DNA of 59,679 nucleotides, counting the filler, from Nitrospirota bacterium (GTDB lineage Bacteria > JACPQY01): the NCBI GenBank assembly GCA_016180645.1. It is 5 parts of 5 records of this genome, joined end to end, with 100 filler letters (N's around TTAATTAATTAA, not from the genome) between each part and the next. Parts side by side here need not be neighbours in the genome. Positions count along the whole stretch, not along the records: positions 11,389 to 29,737 come from JACPAV010000058.1; 4 more parts are not named here. One strand, written 5' to 3'. How positions within the stretch are numbered: position 1 is the stretch's first letter; every line of letters starts with the position of its first letter. The translations under genes were made by a program, and so were the position numbers. Below the pieces are notes generated by a model. It did not search any database and had not been told where the DNA came from. It was given only the letters and a program-made list of their open reading frames with translations. Positions 16,686-26,500 of the stretch are shown here, one piece after another.

Positions 16686-18455
16686 CTAGAGACTGGGGAC
16701 CTCTTCCCCGAGCTCTTTGGCGATCAGCATGCGGACGACGACGTCGGGACCCCCATGGTCCGGCAACGCATGTTGCCGCTGGAACTCGCGAAGAGCCTGA
16801 TCGGTCAGCGTACCGTAGTATCCCGTGATCACTCCACGGTAGTAGCCGAGGTCGACCAAGTCCTTTTGAAGGCGAGCCACCCAGGGACCGCTGGTGTCCT
16901 TCTTGAAGTCCTGCCCCTCATAATAATCCCTCCACAGATAGATCATCACATCCTGTGATGTTTGCACCAAAGAATTTTCATCCACGAGCCGTTCTCCATA
17001 GACCGGGTCCAACACCCTGAATCCATTATCCTCGACGGAGCGCAACAAGGCAAGACGGTCTCCCGCCACCCCGTCGGCCTTCAAGTTCATGAGGCAGGGG
17101 TACCCGATCTTCCTGGCGATGTCGGCGGAGAACGGAAGCTCCAGGTAGCTGAGACCGGCGGCCTGCACCGGCTCGAGCTGGGCGAGGCCCTGTACGTCCA
17201 CGCGGTCCAACGCCTCGACCATGGGAGGAGTCAACGCCACACCCCACAGGCGGAGATACTCGGACATGATTCGGCCGGACGAGAGGGTCACCCGTTCCGA
17301 TTTCGCGAAGGCGGAGGGCGTGGCCGACCACCCGGCTCTCTCGGCAGACTTGGGTGTGGCCGCGGCATCCGCCGATGGGGTCGCTCCCGCGGCCTCCGAC
17401 CGGTCCGGATCGGCGGAACCTTCCGGAGCCGATGCCGTCTCGATGGTTGCACCCAGGAGCTGACTGGTCAGTGACCTCAGATCCACTTTTTCGAAGAAGC
17501 CGCCCGCCATGAACCCGGCGGCCAGGAAAGCCGTTCCTGCCGCGCCCACCCCGGCGTATCGCAGTCCCTTCCGGGCCGCTTTCTTGGCATGGATCGTCCA
17601 GGACGCCCGACGCGGCCTGGGGAGATGAATCTTCTGCTCCGGCTGATCGCCTTCGAGGTCCCGCATCGCATCCTCCACGATGCCGCGATCGATGATGAAA
17701 CTCTCGCGGGAGTAGGCCGCCAAAAGCACCCGCTCGCAGAGCAGATTGATTCGCCGCGGATAGCCTTCCGTGTACGTGAAAATCAAGTCGAGCGCCGGCT
17801 CAAAGAATTCGATTTCACCCTGCGAGCCGGCCTTTTTCAGCCGGAAGTAGATGTACTCGCGGGTTTCGTTCCGATCGAGCGGAAGAAGGTGGAATTTCAC
17901 GGTGAGCCGCTGGTTGAGCGGTCGCAGCACCGGTTCCTGCAATCGATCCCGGAGTTCGGGCTGGCCGACCAGGATGATTTGAAGAAGTTTCTTCTTTTCG
18001 GTTTCGAGGTTGGAGAGCAGCCGAACCATTTCAAGCGAATCGTTGGAGAGATGTTGGCCCTCGTCGATGATGACCACGGCGTTGCCGTCCGCCCGGCTGC
18101 GTTCGAGGAGAAATTGATTGAGCGCTTCGATTTCTTCCGAGGCCGAAGCAGCCGAGCCGTAGGGAACCTCGAAATCTTTCATGATCGCGCGAAGAAGTTG
18201 GCGTTGGTCGGAAAATAGCGGATTCAGAACAAGGGCCGTCGAGGTATTGTCCGGGAGTTGATCGAGCAGACGGCGGCAAAGGGTGGTTTTTCCTGTTCCA
18301 ACGTCGCCCGTAATCAGCAGAAATCCCCTTCGGTAGCGAACGCCATAGACGAGATGATCCAGTGCGGCCTGATGCTTCGCCGAAAGGTAGAAGAAGGCAG
18401 GGTCCGGGGTCGTCCCGAAAGGCCCCTCCTTCAGGCGGAAGAAGTGTTCGTACAC
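16686..18455 (-). CDS. exeA: ExeA/GspA-family AAA ATPase with C-terminal peptidoglycan-binding domain
   Basis: MYEHFFRLKEGPF..TPDP, GDVGTGKTT, IDEGQ, LVGQPEL, GYPRRIN; VARLQKDL..LGY...YG..T..A...FQ. Confidence 0.9.
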   Translation of the reverse strand: MYEHFFRLKEGPFGTTPDPAFFYLSAKHQAALDHLVYGVRYRRGFLLITGDVGTGKTTLCRRLLDQLPDNTSTALVLNPLFSDQRQLLRAIMKDFEVPYGSAASASEEIEALNQFLLERSRADGNAVVIIDEGQHLSNDSLEMVRLLSNLETEKKKLLQIILVGQPELRDRLQEPVLRPLNQRLTVKFHLLPLDRNETREYIYFRLKKAGSQGEIEFFEPALDLIFTYTEGYPRRINLLCERVLLAAYSRESFIIDRGIVEDAMRDLEGDQPEQKIHLPRPRRASWTIHAKKAARKGLRYAGVGAAGTAFLAAGFMAGGFFEKVDLRSLTSQLLGATIETASAPEGSADPDRSEAAGATPSADAAATPKSAERAGWSATPSAFAKSERVTLSSGRIMSEYLRLWGVALTPPMVEALDRVDVQGLAQLEPVQAAGLSYLELPFSADIARKIGYPCLMNLKADGVAGDRLALLRSVEDNGFRVLDPVYGERLVDENSLVQTSQDVMIYLWRDYYEGQDFKKDTSGPWVARLQKDLVDLGYYRGVITGYYGTLTDQALREFQRQHALPDHGGPDVVVRMLIAKELGEEVPSL

Positions 18456-18668
18456 TATTTTCCTCAGAGTTCATTTTCCCACAAACAACTTCAATTGTCA
18501 ACAACTAACTTCACATGGCAAGTTCGGGGGTGGTGGCGTCACAATCGTCAATTGGTTGGGGGTGGGTACTGCTTGAAACTATTAGTCGATACCAGGGAAA
18601 TCGTGAATGGCAGCACGCTGGAGCGAATTTCCTGCACTTTTCGGTATCCGGAAGAATCCCCGTCGCGT

Positions 18669-18766
18669 CACGACTCACGACTCACGACTCACGACTCACG
18701 ACTCACGACTCACGACTCACGACTCACGACTCACGACTCACGACTCACGACTCACGACTCACGACT
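18669..18766. repeat. perfect heptamer tandem array (CACGACT)x14
   Basis: 98 bp counted directly; abuts the truncated tRNA. Confidence 0.95.
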
Positions 18767-18829
18767 AGGACTTGAACCTGTGACCTCCGCCGTGTGAAAG
18801 CGGCGCTCTACCAACTAAGCTAACCACCC
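18767..18829 (-). tRNA. tRNA-Val(CAC), 3'-truncated (pseudo)
   Basis: GGGTGGTTAGCTTAGTTGGTAGAGCGCCGCTTTCACACGGCGGAGGTCACAGGTTCAAGTCCT; the 3' end of the T-stem and the acceptor 3' strand are replaced by the heptamer array. Confidence 0.85.
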
Positions 18830-18939
18830 GCGCAAGTCGTTACGCCAACTTACACGATGCGGCTGAAAATGCAATTGCACCCTTGTGCCTACATTGTGCT
18901 CATGACCAGCGGAAATCATGACTCATGGTCACCCCCCCT

Positions 18940-19923
18940 CTACCCGGCCTCAGACGCGGACTCTTGGTGTCCTTCCTCGCTCTGGCCTTGCCAATAGGCG
19001 TTGAGCACTCCCCCGGCGCGTTTCAGATTCCACGGGGACAGGTGCGCGTAGCGGAGCGTCATCTTGATCTCCTTGTGGCCGAGCAGTTCCTTGATCGTGA
19101 GAATGTCCACCCCGTTGATGGCCAGCCAAGAGGCGTAGGTGTGCCTCAAATCGTGAAAGCGGAAACCTTCGATCCCCGCCCGCTTCATGGCCGCGTGAAA
19201 ACCCTTCTTGAAATCCAGGTACTCTTTCCCGCTCTTGTTGAAGAACACCAACCCGGCCTTGATATGGTGGGGAAGGCTTGAAAGACACTCCTTCACTTCG
19301 TTCGTCATCGGCACAACCCGCACCGTTCCATTCTTCGTCCCGATAATCTTGATTGCTCGGTTGGTGGAATCCACCTGCTCCCACGTCATCGACAGGAGTT
19401 CCCCACGCCTTGCGCCCGTGTGCATCGCGGTGAGGACAACGGCGTACAGATGGGGGGAGCTACTGGCGCGGCACTCCGCAAGCAACGTTTTCCCTTTCTC
19501 CAAGGTGAGGTATCTCAGCCGACCGGGGGGACGCTTCAACGGCTTCACCTTGTGGGCGACACTCGATTCAAGTTCTCCCCACTCCACGGCTTTGGTGAAC
19601 AGGTGCTTGAGGGTGGTGAGTTCCCGATTCACCGTATCCGGCGCTTTCCCCGCGTCCAGACGGGCGGATTCTTTCCCGTGCGACATGAGGCTCCGCAACG
19701 TCTTCACCGCCTCAAGCCCGGCCTCCGAAAGCTGGGCCATCGTCCGGTCCAGGATGTCCCGCTTGAGTCGGTCCAGTTCGGCCTTGAATGCCGGATCGTC
19801 CAGGCGGCGGTAAGCGGTCGCCCGGCTCACTCCTGTGGCTTTTGCGCACTCGTCCACGCTCTTCCCGGCGGCTAGGGCCGCAAGCAGGGCCGCATCCTCG
19901 TTTTTCGTCTCACTACGGCTCAT
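18940..19923 (-). pseudogene. chimeric ORF: HTH protein fused to a phage integrase catalytic domain
   Basis: N-terminal GKSVDECAKATGVSRATAYRRL HTH; from TVNREL onward an integrase with TGARRGE, FHDLRHT, LLGH, RYAH. Confidence 0.75.
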
Positions 19924-20243
19924 GGCGTCTCACCGACCGGGAACCCCTCCGGCTCATGCCCGTAGTCCTGCCACCGATGGACGATCCGCTTGAACCCGGC
20001 CGGGCAAGGGAAGACCGCGAGAAGGGCGATTTCCGCACGGCTGGGGCGTCGGTTCGCCTTCACTTGAACGAACAGCCCCCCGGACTCGTTCACCGCCACC
20101 ACGTCCGCCGGGCCAGGAGATCCCGCCGACCGGATGCACCGGAACCCCTGCCGCTCAAGGTAGCGGATCGTCCGGTATTCAAGGCGCCCGTCCTCCGCAG
20201 TAGCCTCGCTACGGAGGGTGGATCGGCCTTTCGCGTAGCTCAC
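19920..20243 (-). CDS. Holliday-junction-resolvase-like PD-(D/E)xK nuclease (phage type)
   Basis: G..LE....YLE..GF...RSAGS.GPADVVA......FVQVK. Confidence 0.8.
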   Translation of the reverse strand: MSYAKGRSTLRSEATAEDGRLEYRTIRYLERQGFRCIRSAGSPGPADVVAVNESGGLFVQVKANRRPSRAEIALLAVFPCPAGFKRIVHRWQDYGHEPEGFPVGETP

Positions 20244-20281
20244 GGGTTGTACTGCGTCATGACAGATGGTAGCGTCCAGTC

Positions 20282-20470
20282 ATGCGGTGGGATCACGGAC
20301 GCCGCTCCCGAATTGCCGGTATTCTTGAGAAGGTCGGCATCACGGCGTTGATTGCCGGGGTCGGTGATGTGGTCGTTACCCGGCAAGTGTCACCGGCCCT
20401 CGATGCCGTAAGCATCATCCTAGGGTTGATTGCCCTGACCGTTTCGGTTATCATTTCCTTTGATGAGTAG
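20282..20470 (+). CDS. small two-TM membrane protein
   Basis: 62 aa hydrophobic ORF; stop overlaps the ATG of a following 34-aa hydrophobic ORF (20463-20567). Confidence 0.5.
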   Translation: MRWDHGRRSRIAGILEKVGITALIAGVGDVVVTRQVSPALDAVSIILGLIALTVSVIISFDE

Positions 20471-21028
20471 CGCCACCGCCGTTTTCATCTTGTTTCTCGC
20501 GGGAGTCCTTGGCCTTTCCATTTGGGGCCTCACCTCGCTTCGCCATCATTCGCGCAAGGCTCAATAGCCTTTCCCACTCACTTCATCTCCGGCGAGAGAA
20601 ATCCCTTCTTGAACATCGATCCGCAGAATTGCAGCAACGTCCCGCGCCGTCAACAGTGCTTCCCTGTCATTCATGGCGCCATTGTGAAACAACTCGAACG
20701 GTTCTGGAATGAGCAATTCAGATCTGAAACCGGGGCGAACTACTCAAGTGGGGGTTCACCCAATCAAGAAGTCAGGCCAAGTGGTTCAGGCTCTTTTCTG
20801 CTTCCCCCTGCCCCTCCTTGCAAAGAAGGGGGTATCTTCTGCACTGCCCCTCCGATTCGTCTCAACCGCCACAGTCACCGCGGCCTGTTTCCAGTGCTGA
20901 ATCTCGCCTTGCCTATTTCGGACTGACGGGCAGAGTCGCCGGCTTGCCCGCCGCCGTTCCGTTCGGGGATCGGTAGCCGCGGGTATCATGCACGCGTCCA
21001 GACCCCCGCTCATCCCCGATGGGTCCGC

Positions 21029-21430
21029 CTACCAGATGGCTTGGACCAAACCGCTGCTGAGAATTCGCCGGTCTTTTGTCAGGAGCGTTGCGGCTTCCAC
21101 CAGCGCGGTCGCCACAATCAGCCGATCGCATGGATCGCCGGGAAACGAATCGGGCAATTGGGCTGCCTGAACGGCGACGATCGGCGTGATGGGCAACAGC
21201 TCAGCACCTGGGACCGCCAGGGCCTCTCTCATCCAATCCAGCGGACCGCGATCGATCGAAATGCGTCGCCGCGCAACCAACCTTGCGAACTCCCAGCAAC
21301 TGATGGCAGGCACGCCCACATGACGGGCGGAGCGCAAGGTTGCGGCTGCCCGTCGACTCAGCCGATCCGGGTTGCTCGTCCACCAGATCCAGGCGTGCGT
21401 ATCGAGAACGATCAGTCTTCCGTTCCCCAC
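21029..21430 (-). CDS. vapC: VapC (PIN-domain) toxin
   Basis: LDTHAWIW, ISCWE, DPCDRLIVATA, LTKD. Confidence 0.9.
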   Translation of the reverse strand: MGNGRLIVLDTHAWIWWTSNPDRLSRRAAATLRSARHVGVPAISCWEFARLVARRRISIDRGPLDWMREALAVPGAELLPITPIVAVQAAQLPDSFPGDPCDRLIVATALVEAATLLTKDRRILSSGLVQAIW

Positions 21431-21648
21431 TTCTCGCCGAGCGGTTCGACAATGTCACCCAGGTACCTCACGCTGCCCCGGAGAGTACCCTTCGATGGCG
21501 GCTCCACCGACACGATCTTCGCGACGGGCCGTCCTCTCTTGGTCACCACCATCGGCTCACCCGTCCGCGACACCCGGTCCAACACGCCGAGGCACTCGGA
21601 CTTGAACCGCCCGGCGGCCATGACCTTGACCCTGGCATTCATGGTCAT
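21412..21648 (-). CDS. Phd/YefM antitoxin
   Basis: AGRFKSECLGVLDRV..TGEP.VVTKRGRPVA; start placed just downstream of the -10 box. Confidence 0.88.
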   Translation of the reverse strand: MTMNARVKVMAAGRFKSECLGVLDRVSRTGEPMVVTKRGRPVAKIVSVEPPSKGTLRGSVRYLGDIVEPLGEKWGTED

Positions 21649-21678
21649 AATAATATGACTATATAGGTCCCATGTCAA
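21644..21678 (-). promoter_or_regulatory. TA promoter with overlapping operator
   Basis: TTGACA-17 nt-TATTAT; inverted repeat GTCATA-ATAA-TATGAC over the -10 box. Confidence 0.75.
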
Positions 21679-21744
21679 GGCCATATTCTCGCATGTTGGG
21701 TGACAGATCCACTACCCGGTTCTGTCTGAAAACGTATCTCCGCG

Positions 21745-21800
21745 GTAGCCGCAGGCTTCAGCCTGCGTCCAAAGACGCACCCCTAAAGGGTGCGACTACC
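21745..21800. repeat. GTAG-type REP doublet
   Basis: GTAGCCGCAGGCTTCAGCCTGCG...CGCACCCCTAAAGGGTGCGACTAC. Confidence 0.7.
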
Positions 21801-21927
21801 AAGGGATCGCCCGGCAATCATGGGGTTTCCAAACGGGGCCTGGGACCCCTTGCAGCATACCCCTACCGATCACGCCCTCCGCAGTCCGAGTCCCGCCTTC
21901 CGCTTGCCCGCCGCTGAGGCCGGTCGT

Positions 21928-23514
21928 ATGATTCGCGCGGTGGAGCGGAAAATCTCTCTCGCTTTGGCAATCGCGGGATTCGCCTTGTCCCTCGTTGGTC
22001 TCACGCTACCGAGCTCTTGCGCTGGTTTCCTAGGCACCCCTGCTGAGGACCAAATTGCGCCCGACGCGCCGACCGACTTCTCCGTTCAGTATAATCAGAA
22101 TGAAAGGGAGGCACTTACGCTTCGGTGGAAAGACAATTCGGATATCGAAACCCACTACGTGATCGGGGTGTCCACTGAAGTCGAAGGCCTCGCGTTCAAT
22201 TTTGAGCGCTCACTGCCACCCGATTCCCAGGAGTATTCAATGAGCCCTCGCAAACCTGTGCGTTTCCGGGTCGCCGCCTCCAACGGGGAGGTGCGATCGG
22301 AATACCTCCTGGGGTGTCTCTCCTACGAGGACATGGACGGTGACGGCTGGGGTACGCAACTGGCGGCTAATGTGGGGCCGTGCCCAAGCGCAATTTCATT
22401 CCTCAAACCCGGGGATTGCAACGACAAGGATTCGAACATTTCTCCCGGCAACAAGACGGGGAATGGCACGGACTGCACCCTTCCGATCGTGGCCGTACTT
22501 CCCTATGCCAAGGCGGGCCTGTCGTGCGCAGGGGGGAGCAAGGGAATGATCTATTGTTTCGGCGGTATGGGCTCGGCCGGCATACCCTCTAGTGAGATCC
22601 TGGAATTCGATCCGGATTCCAAGCGAGTGAACGTGCGCCCTGCACGACTTCCATCTGGTCGTTCAGGCCTCTCCTGCGTCAGCGCCGTAGATCGTCTGAT
22701 ATATTGCTTTGGTGGCGATCCAGAAACCGCTGACATCATCCAATACGATCCCTCCACCGACACGGCCGATCGGCTGTCCGCCTCCCTGCCCTCGAAGCGA
22801 GCCTATCTTTCCTGCGCCTCTTCCGCGAACGGAAACGTCTACTGCTTCGGGGGAGATGGTTCCGACCCTCAGGTTGTGGAGTTCGACCCCCGGAAGAGCA
22901 CCGTGGAGCCCAAACTGTCTCAGATGCCGTCCAAGATCACCGGCCAAGCCTGCTCGCCGGGAGACGGGAACAAGATCTACTGTTTCGGGGGTGATAGCCT
23001 GTCCGAGCCCCAGCCCCACTTCCTCGATTGGATTCGGGAGTACAACCCGGATAGGAACGAAGTGAAGATGAAATCAGCCCGGCTGCCGGACAGGTGGTTT
23101 AGCGGATCGTGCGCGGGGGCAGGCGTGGGAATCATCTACTGCCTTGGGGGCGTGTTGAGTGGGCCGAATAACGTTCAATTTATCAAGTACGATGCGAATA
23201 CCGATTCGGTTTGGTCAAGATTCTCTCCCATAACATCGCCCCGAAGCTCGCTTTCGTGCTCACCTTCTGTCAGCGGCAAGATCTACTGCTTCGGGGGCCT
23301 AGTCCCGGGCAAGGACGGATACGTGCAGACTGACGAGATCGTGGAGTTCGATCCGAAGAGATTTCCGCTGGCTCCGGAGAGGCAGGTGAGCGTGACGGCT
23401 CCCATGATATTCTCCGGCGAATCTCCGCTTCGAATCGGCGACGGAACACCCCCGCTCCCGGAGGCGCCGGCCTTCGGCTGCTCCGCCCTGCCGTTCAAGC
23501 CGCGCGGCGATTGA
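21928..23514 (+). CDS. secreted or lipoprotein with FN3, DxDGDG/DC.D (MopE-like) motif and Kelch-like propeller
   Basis: LRWKDNSDIETHY FN3; DMDGDGWG...GDCND; six LSC...IYCFGG...YDP blades. Confidence 0.8.
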   Translation: MIRAVERKISLALAIAGFALSLVGLTLPSSCAGFLGTPAEDQIAPDAPTDFSVQYNQNEREALTLRWKDNSDIETHYVIGVSTEVEGLAFNFERSLPPDSQEYSMSPRKPVRFRVAASNGEVRSEYLLGCLSYEDMDGDGWGTQLAANVGPCPSAISFLKPGDCNDKDSNISPGNKTGNGTDCTLPIVAVLPYAKAGLSCAGGSKGMIYCFGGMGSAGIPSSEILEFDPDSKRVNVRPARLPSGRSGLSCVSAVDRLIYCFGGDPETADIIQYDPSTDTADRLSASLPSKRAYLSCASSANGNVYCFGGDGSDPQVVEFDPRKSTVEPKLSQMPSKITGQACSPGDGNKIYCFGGDSLSEPQPHFLDWIREYNPDRNEVKMKSARLPDRWFSGSCAGAGVGIIYCLGGVLSGPNNVQFIKYDANTDSVWSRFSPITSPRSSLSCSPSVSGKIYCFGGLVPGKDGYVQTDEIVEFDPKRFPLAPERQVSVTAPMIFSGESPLRIGDGTPPLPEAPAFGCSALPFKPRGD

Positions 23515-23597
23515 AGCAGGATTTCTACTCGGCGGGCATCAGGGACACAAGCTGATCGCTGATCCGCCTGAGGCGGACTGATCGCTGAAAGCTTTTC

Positions 23598-26500
23598 TCA
23601 GTGGTACCAGATCATCACGCCCATGGTGTAACGGACGTCATCCTCGCCGCCGTCGGGATCGGGAATGGCGGAGAACTGGGGCACGGCGGCATCCACATGC
23701 GGGATGAGCGTCCGCCAACCGATCCTCCTCGATCCGTTCTGCAAAAGCGGCGCGGCAGCCTTCTCTTTTGAAGGCTGCGAAGGAGTTTCGTCCCACTTCA
23801 TGCGCGAGGTCACGAAGATCCCCGTGCCCAGCCCGATCAGACTCCCGATCGGCGCGCTCAAAAAGAACACGTCTCCTTCCCGGCTCAGGGGCAGCCCCAT
23901 CGCGCTCCCCACGCCCAATCCCGTGAGACCAAACAGGTTGATCCATCCCATCCGGCGCGGCGGAATCTTCAGTTTCAGCAGCGAATAGGTCGTTGTGATC
24001 TGGCCGACGTTGCTCGCGATCACCGCCGCGGTCGTCGTGTTCTTCGGACTCCCCGCCGCGGCCTGCGCGAACATCGAGCCGACGAATCCGCCCCAGATGC
24101 CGCCGGTGTACGCCACGGCCGCCGTTCCGCTCCCCACTTCGAGATCGTAGGTGATGATCATCGAGGTTCCCATGCCGAGCGACGCCCCGAGGATCGCGGC
24201 CCCCAGTGTTCCGCGCGGCGACTGGTCGCCGAACTGTGCGAGCGCCACGCCCTGCCCGAATCCGTAGAGCGTGCCGAAGGTGGTGAACAGCTTGGCGCCC
24301 GGTGTGTACCGGATCTGTGGCGCCGCCCGCGAGCCCAGCGCCATCGCGCTGAAGCCCATCGAGTACATCGAGATCACCACGTTCCGGCCGTTCCAATCCT
24401 CTGCCGTTAATCCAATTCCCAAGCCCGAAGCCGATCCCACGAGCCCGGCGAGCGTCACAAAGCCCGATGTGCCCGCCGCGGGTTCCCAAAGCGCAAAGCT
24501 CAGCGTAGTGACACCGAGTCCCAGTGGCAGACCCAACATGGCGCCTCCCAGGACCTGTTGGCTCGAAACATGCTTCGTAGTTCCCTCAAGGACCCACGGA
24601 AATACGGTGCCGTATCCGAGGCCGAAGAGCCCGCCCATGCGCAAGGCCTCAGCCTGCGCGGGCTTCGGCGTAATTCGCGGAAGGAGACTCGCTCCGGCGG
24701 CGCCCATGACCGCCCCGCCCGACAGCATGAGCGCCGTATTCTTACGATATGAATTTTCGGCAAGAAATCCCGTGCCCGCGCCGGCCATCGAGCCGAGAAG
24801 CTCTCCGGAGAAGAATCCGGTGTAGGCGCGGGGGTTGACTCCACTTCCCGCCAAGGCCATCCCCGTAGCCAGCCCCACCGGCCCGCCGATCATGAGGCCG
24901 CCCGTGACGCGTTTCTGACTGATGTCCTCGAACTTCCTCGCCGCGAAGGTGGGCGACCACCCGCCGTACCACAGCCCGGCCATCGTTGAATACGCGATCA
25001 AGGGCGGGTAGGAAGCGCCGGCCGGCCCGGTTGGACCCGGAGGCCCGCCAGCCAGGAGCAGTCCCGCGATTCCGCTCGCCATTCCCGTTCCCAGCATGAG
25101 TGAGGTGGTGGCCCGGCGCGGAGCCAACGCCACGAATCCGATTCCGGTACCCACCGTCGCTCCCCACACCTGCCCGCCATAGAAACCGCCGAGCGACCGA
25201 CCCGTCATGTCGTAGCGATTCGCGGCCCAGATGGATGACGTGAGGCCGAGCGGAACTCCTATCATGGTGCCCCCGACAATGCGCCTCTGCGGAATGTCGT
25301 TCAGATTCGCGCGCAGCAGCGTCGGCAGCCACGATCCATACCACGCTCCCGCGGCCGACCCGAGCCACAGGGAGGCTTTTTCCCCCGGCCCCCGAAGCGG
25401 CGAAGGTTCCACCATCTGCCGAACAAAGCCGTACCCGCCGATCGATCCCAGCGTCCCGCCCGCGAGCATGAAGGACGTGCGAGTCCTCGGTCCCTTCTCC
25501 GCCAGGAATACCGTTCCGGTTCCGGCCATGGAGCCGAAAACCTGCCCCAGAAAAAGACCCGAAGGCATGCGTGGCGGAATGTCCACGCGGTTGGCCACCC
25601 AAGTCGAAGTCGTCAGAGCCACGGGGACGCCGATCAACGCGCCGCCCGTGATTCTCCGTCGCGGCACATCCCGCGGATCGCGCTCGGTGAGAGTCGGCAG
25701 CCAGAAGCCGTACCACGCTCCGGCGAGTGTGGAGAGGTAGATGGAAGGCATACCCTGTCGCGGGGAAAGCACGAAGGGATCTCGCAGGTATTTTCCGTAG
25801 AAGTATCCGACCGACTGGCCGAAGGCCGTTCCGCCGAGCATCAGGGCGCGTGAGGTGCGCGGCGCGGCAAGTGAAGTCAGCCCCAGACCTAATCCAAGGG
25901 AGGTCCCACTCAGACCGCCGAGAAAAAGAGAGGGGATCGTCCGCGCCGAAAGGTCGGTGTGGTTCGTGATCCACATGGAGGACGCCATCGCCGTCGGAAC
26001 GGCCATCATCATGCCGCCCGCAATATGGCGCTGTTCCACATCCGGCAGTCTTGCCTGCCCAAACGTGGGAAGCCATGCGCCATACCAAGCCGCGGAACCC
26101 GAATTCAGGAGCAGGAAACCGATCTCGCGCCCGCCGCGGAGCGGATTCGGTTCCACCAGCCGCGTGGCGAAGAAGTAGCCGCCTACTGAACCGGCCAGAC
26201 CGCCGGAAGCCATCGTGTAGTACGAGCGATCGATCTGATCCCGGATGGCATCGCGTTTCGCTTCGGTGAGCTTGGGCGTGGTGCGCCCTGTTGAGAGCAG
26301 CCCCGCGCCCTGCCCCATCGAGGCGCCAAAGACCTGTCCCCAGAACAGGCCGGGAAGAACTCGCGGCCGGATGTCGTGACGATTGGCCACCGCCAGCGCC
26401 CCCACGAGTCCGACCGTGCTCCCCATCATCCCCGCGCCGGCCACGCGGTTGTACGACACGCGGTCGCGAGGTTGCGCCGTCCGGAGCCCCTTCCTCAATT

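Noticed and set aside
18258-18797. ORFs containing (SRLTTHD)n
   Set aside because: Translation by-product of the CACGACT array, overlapping exeA and the tRNA.
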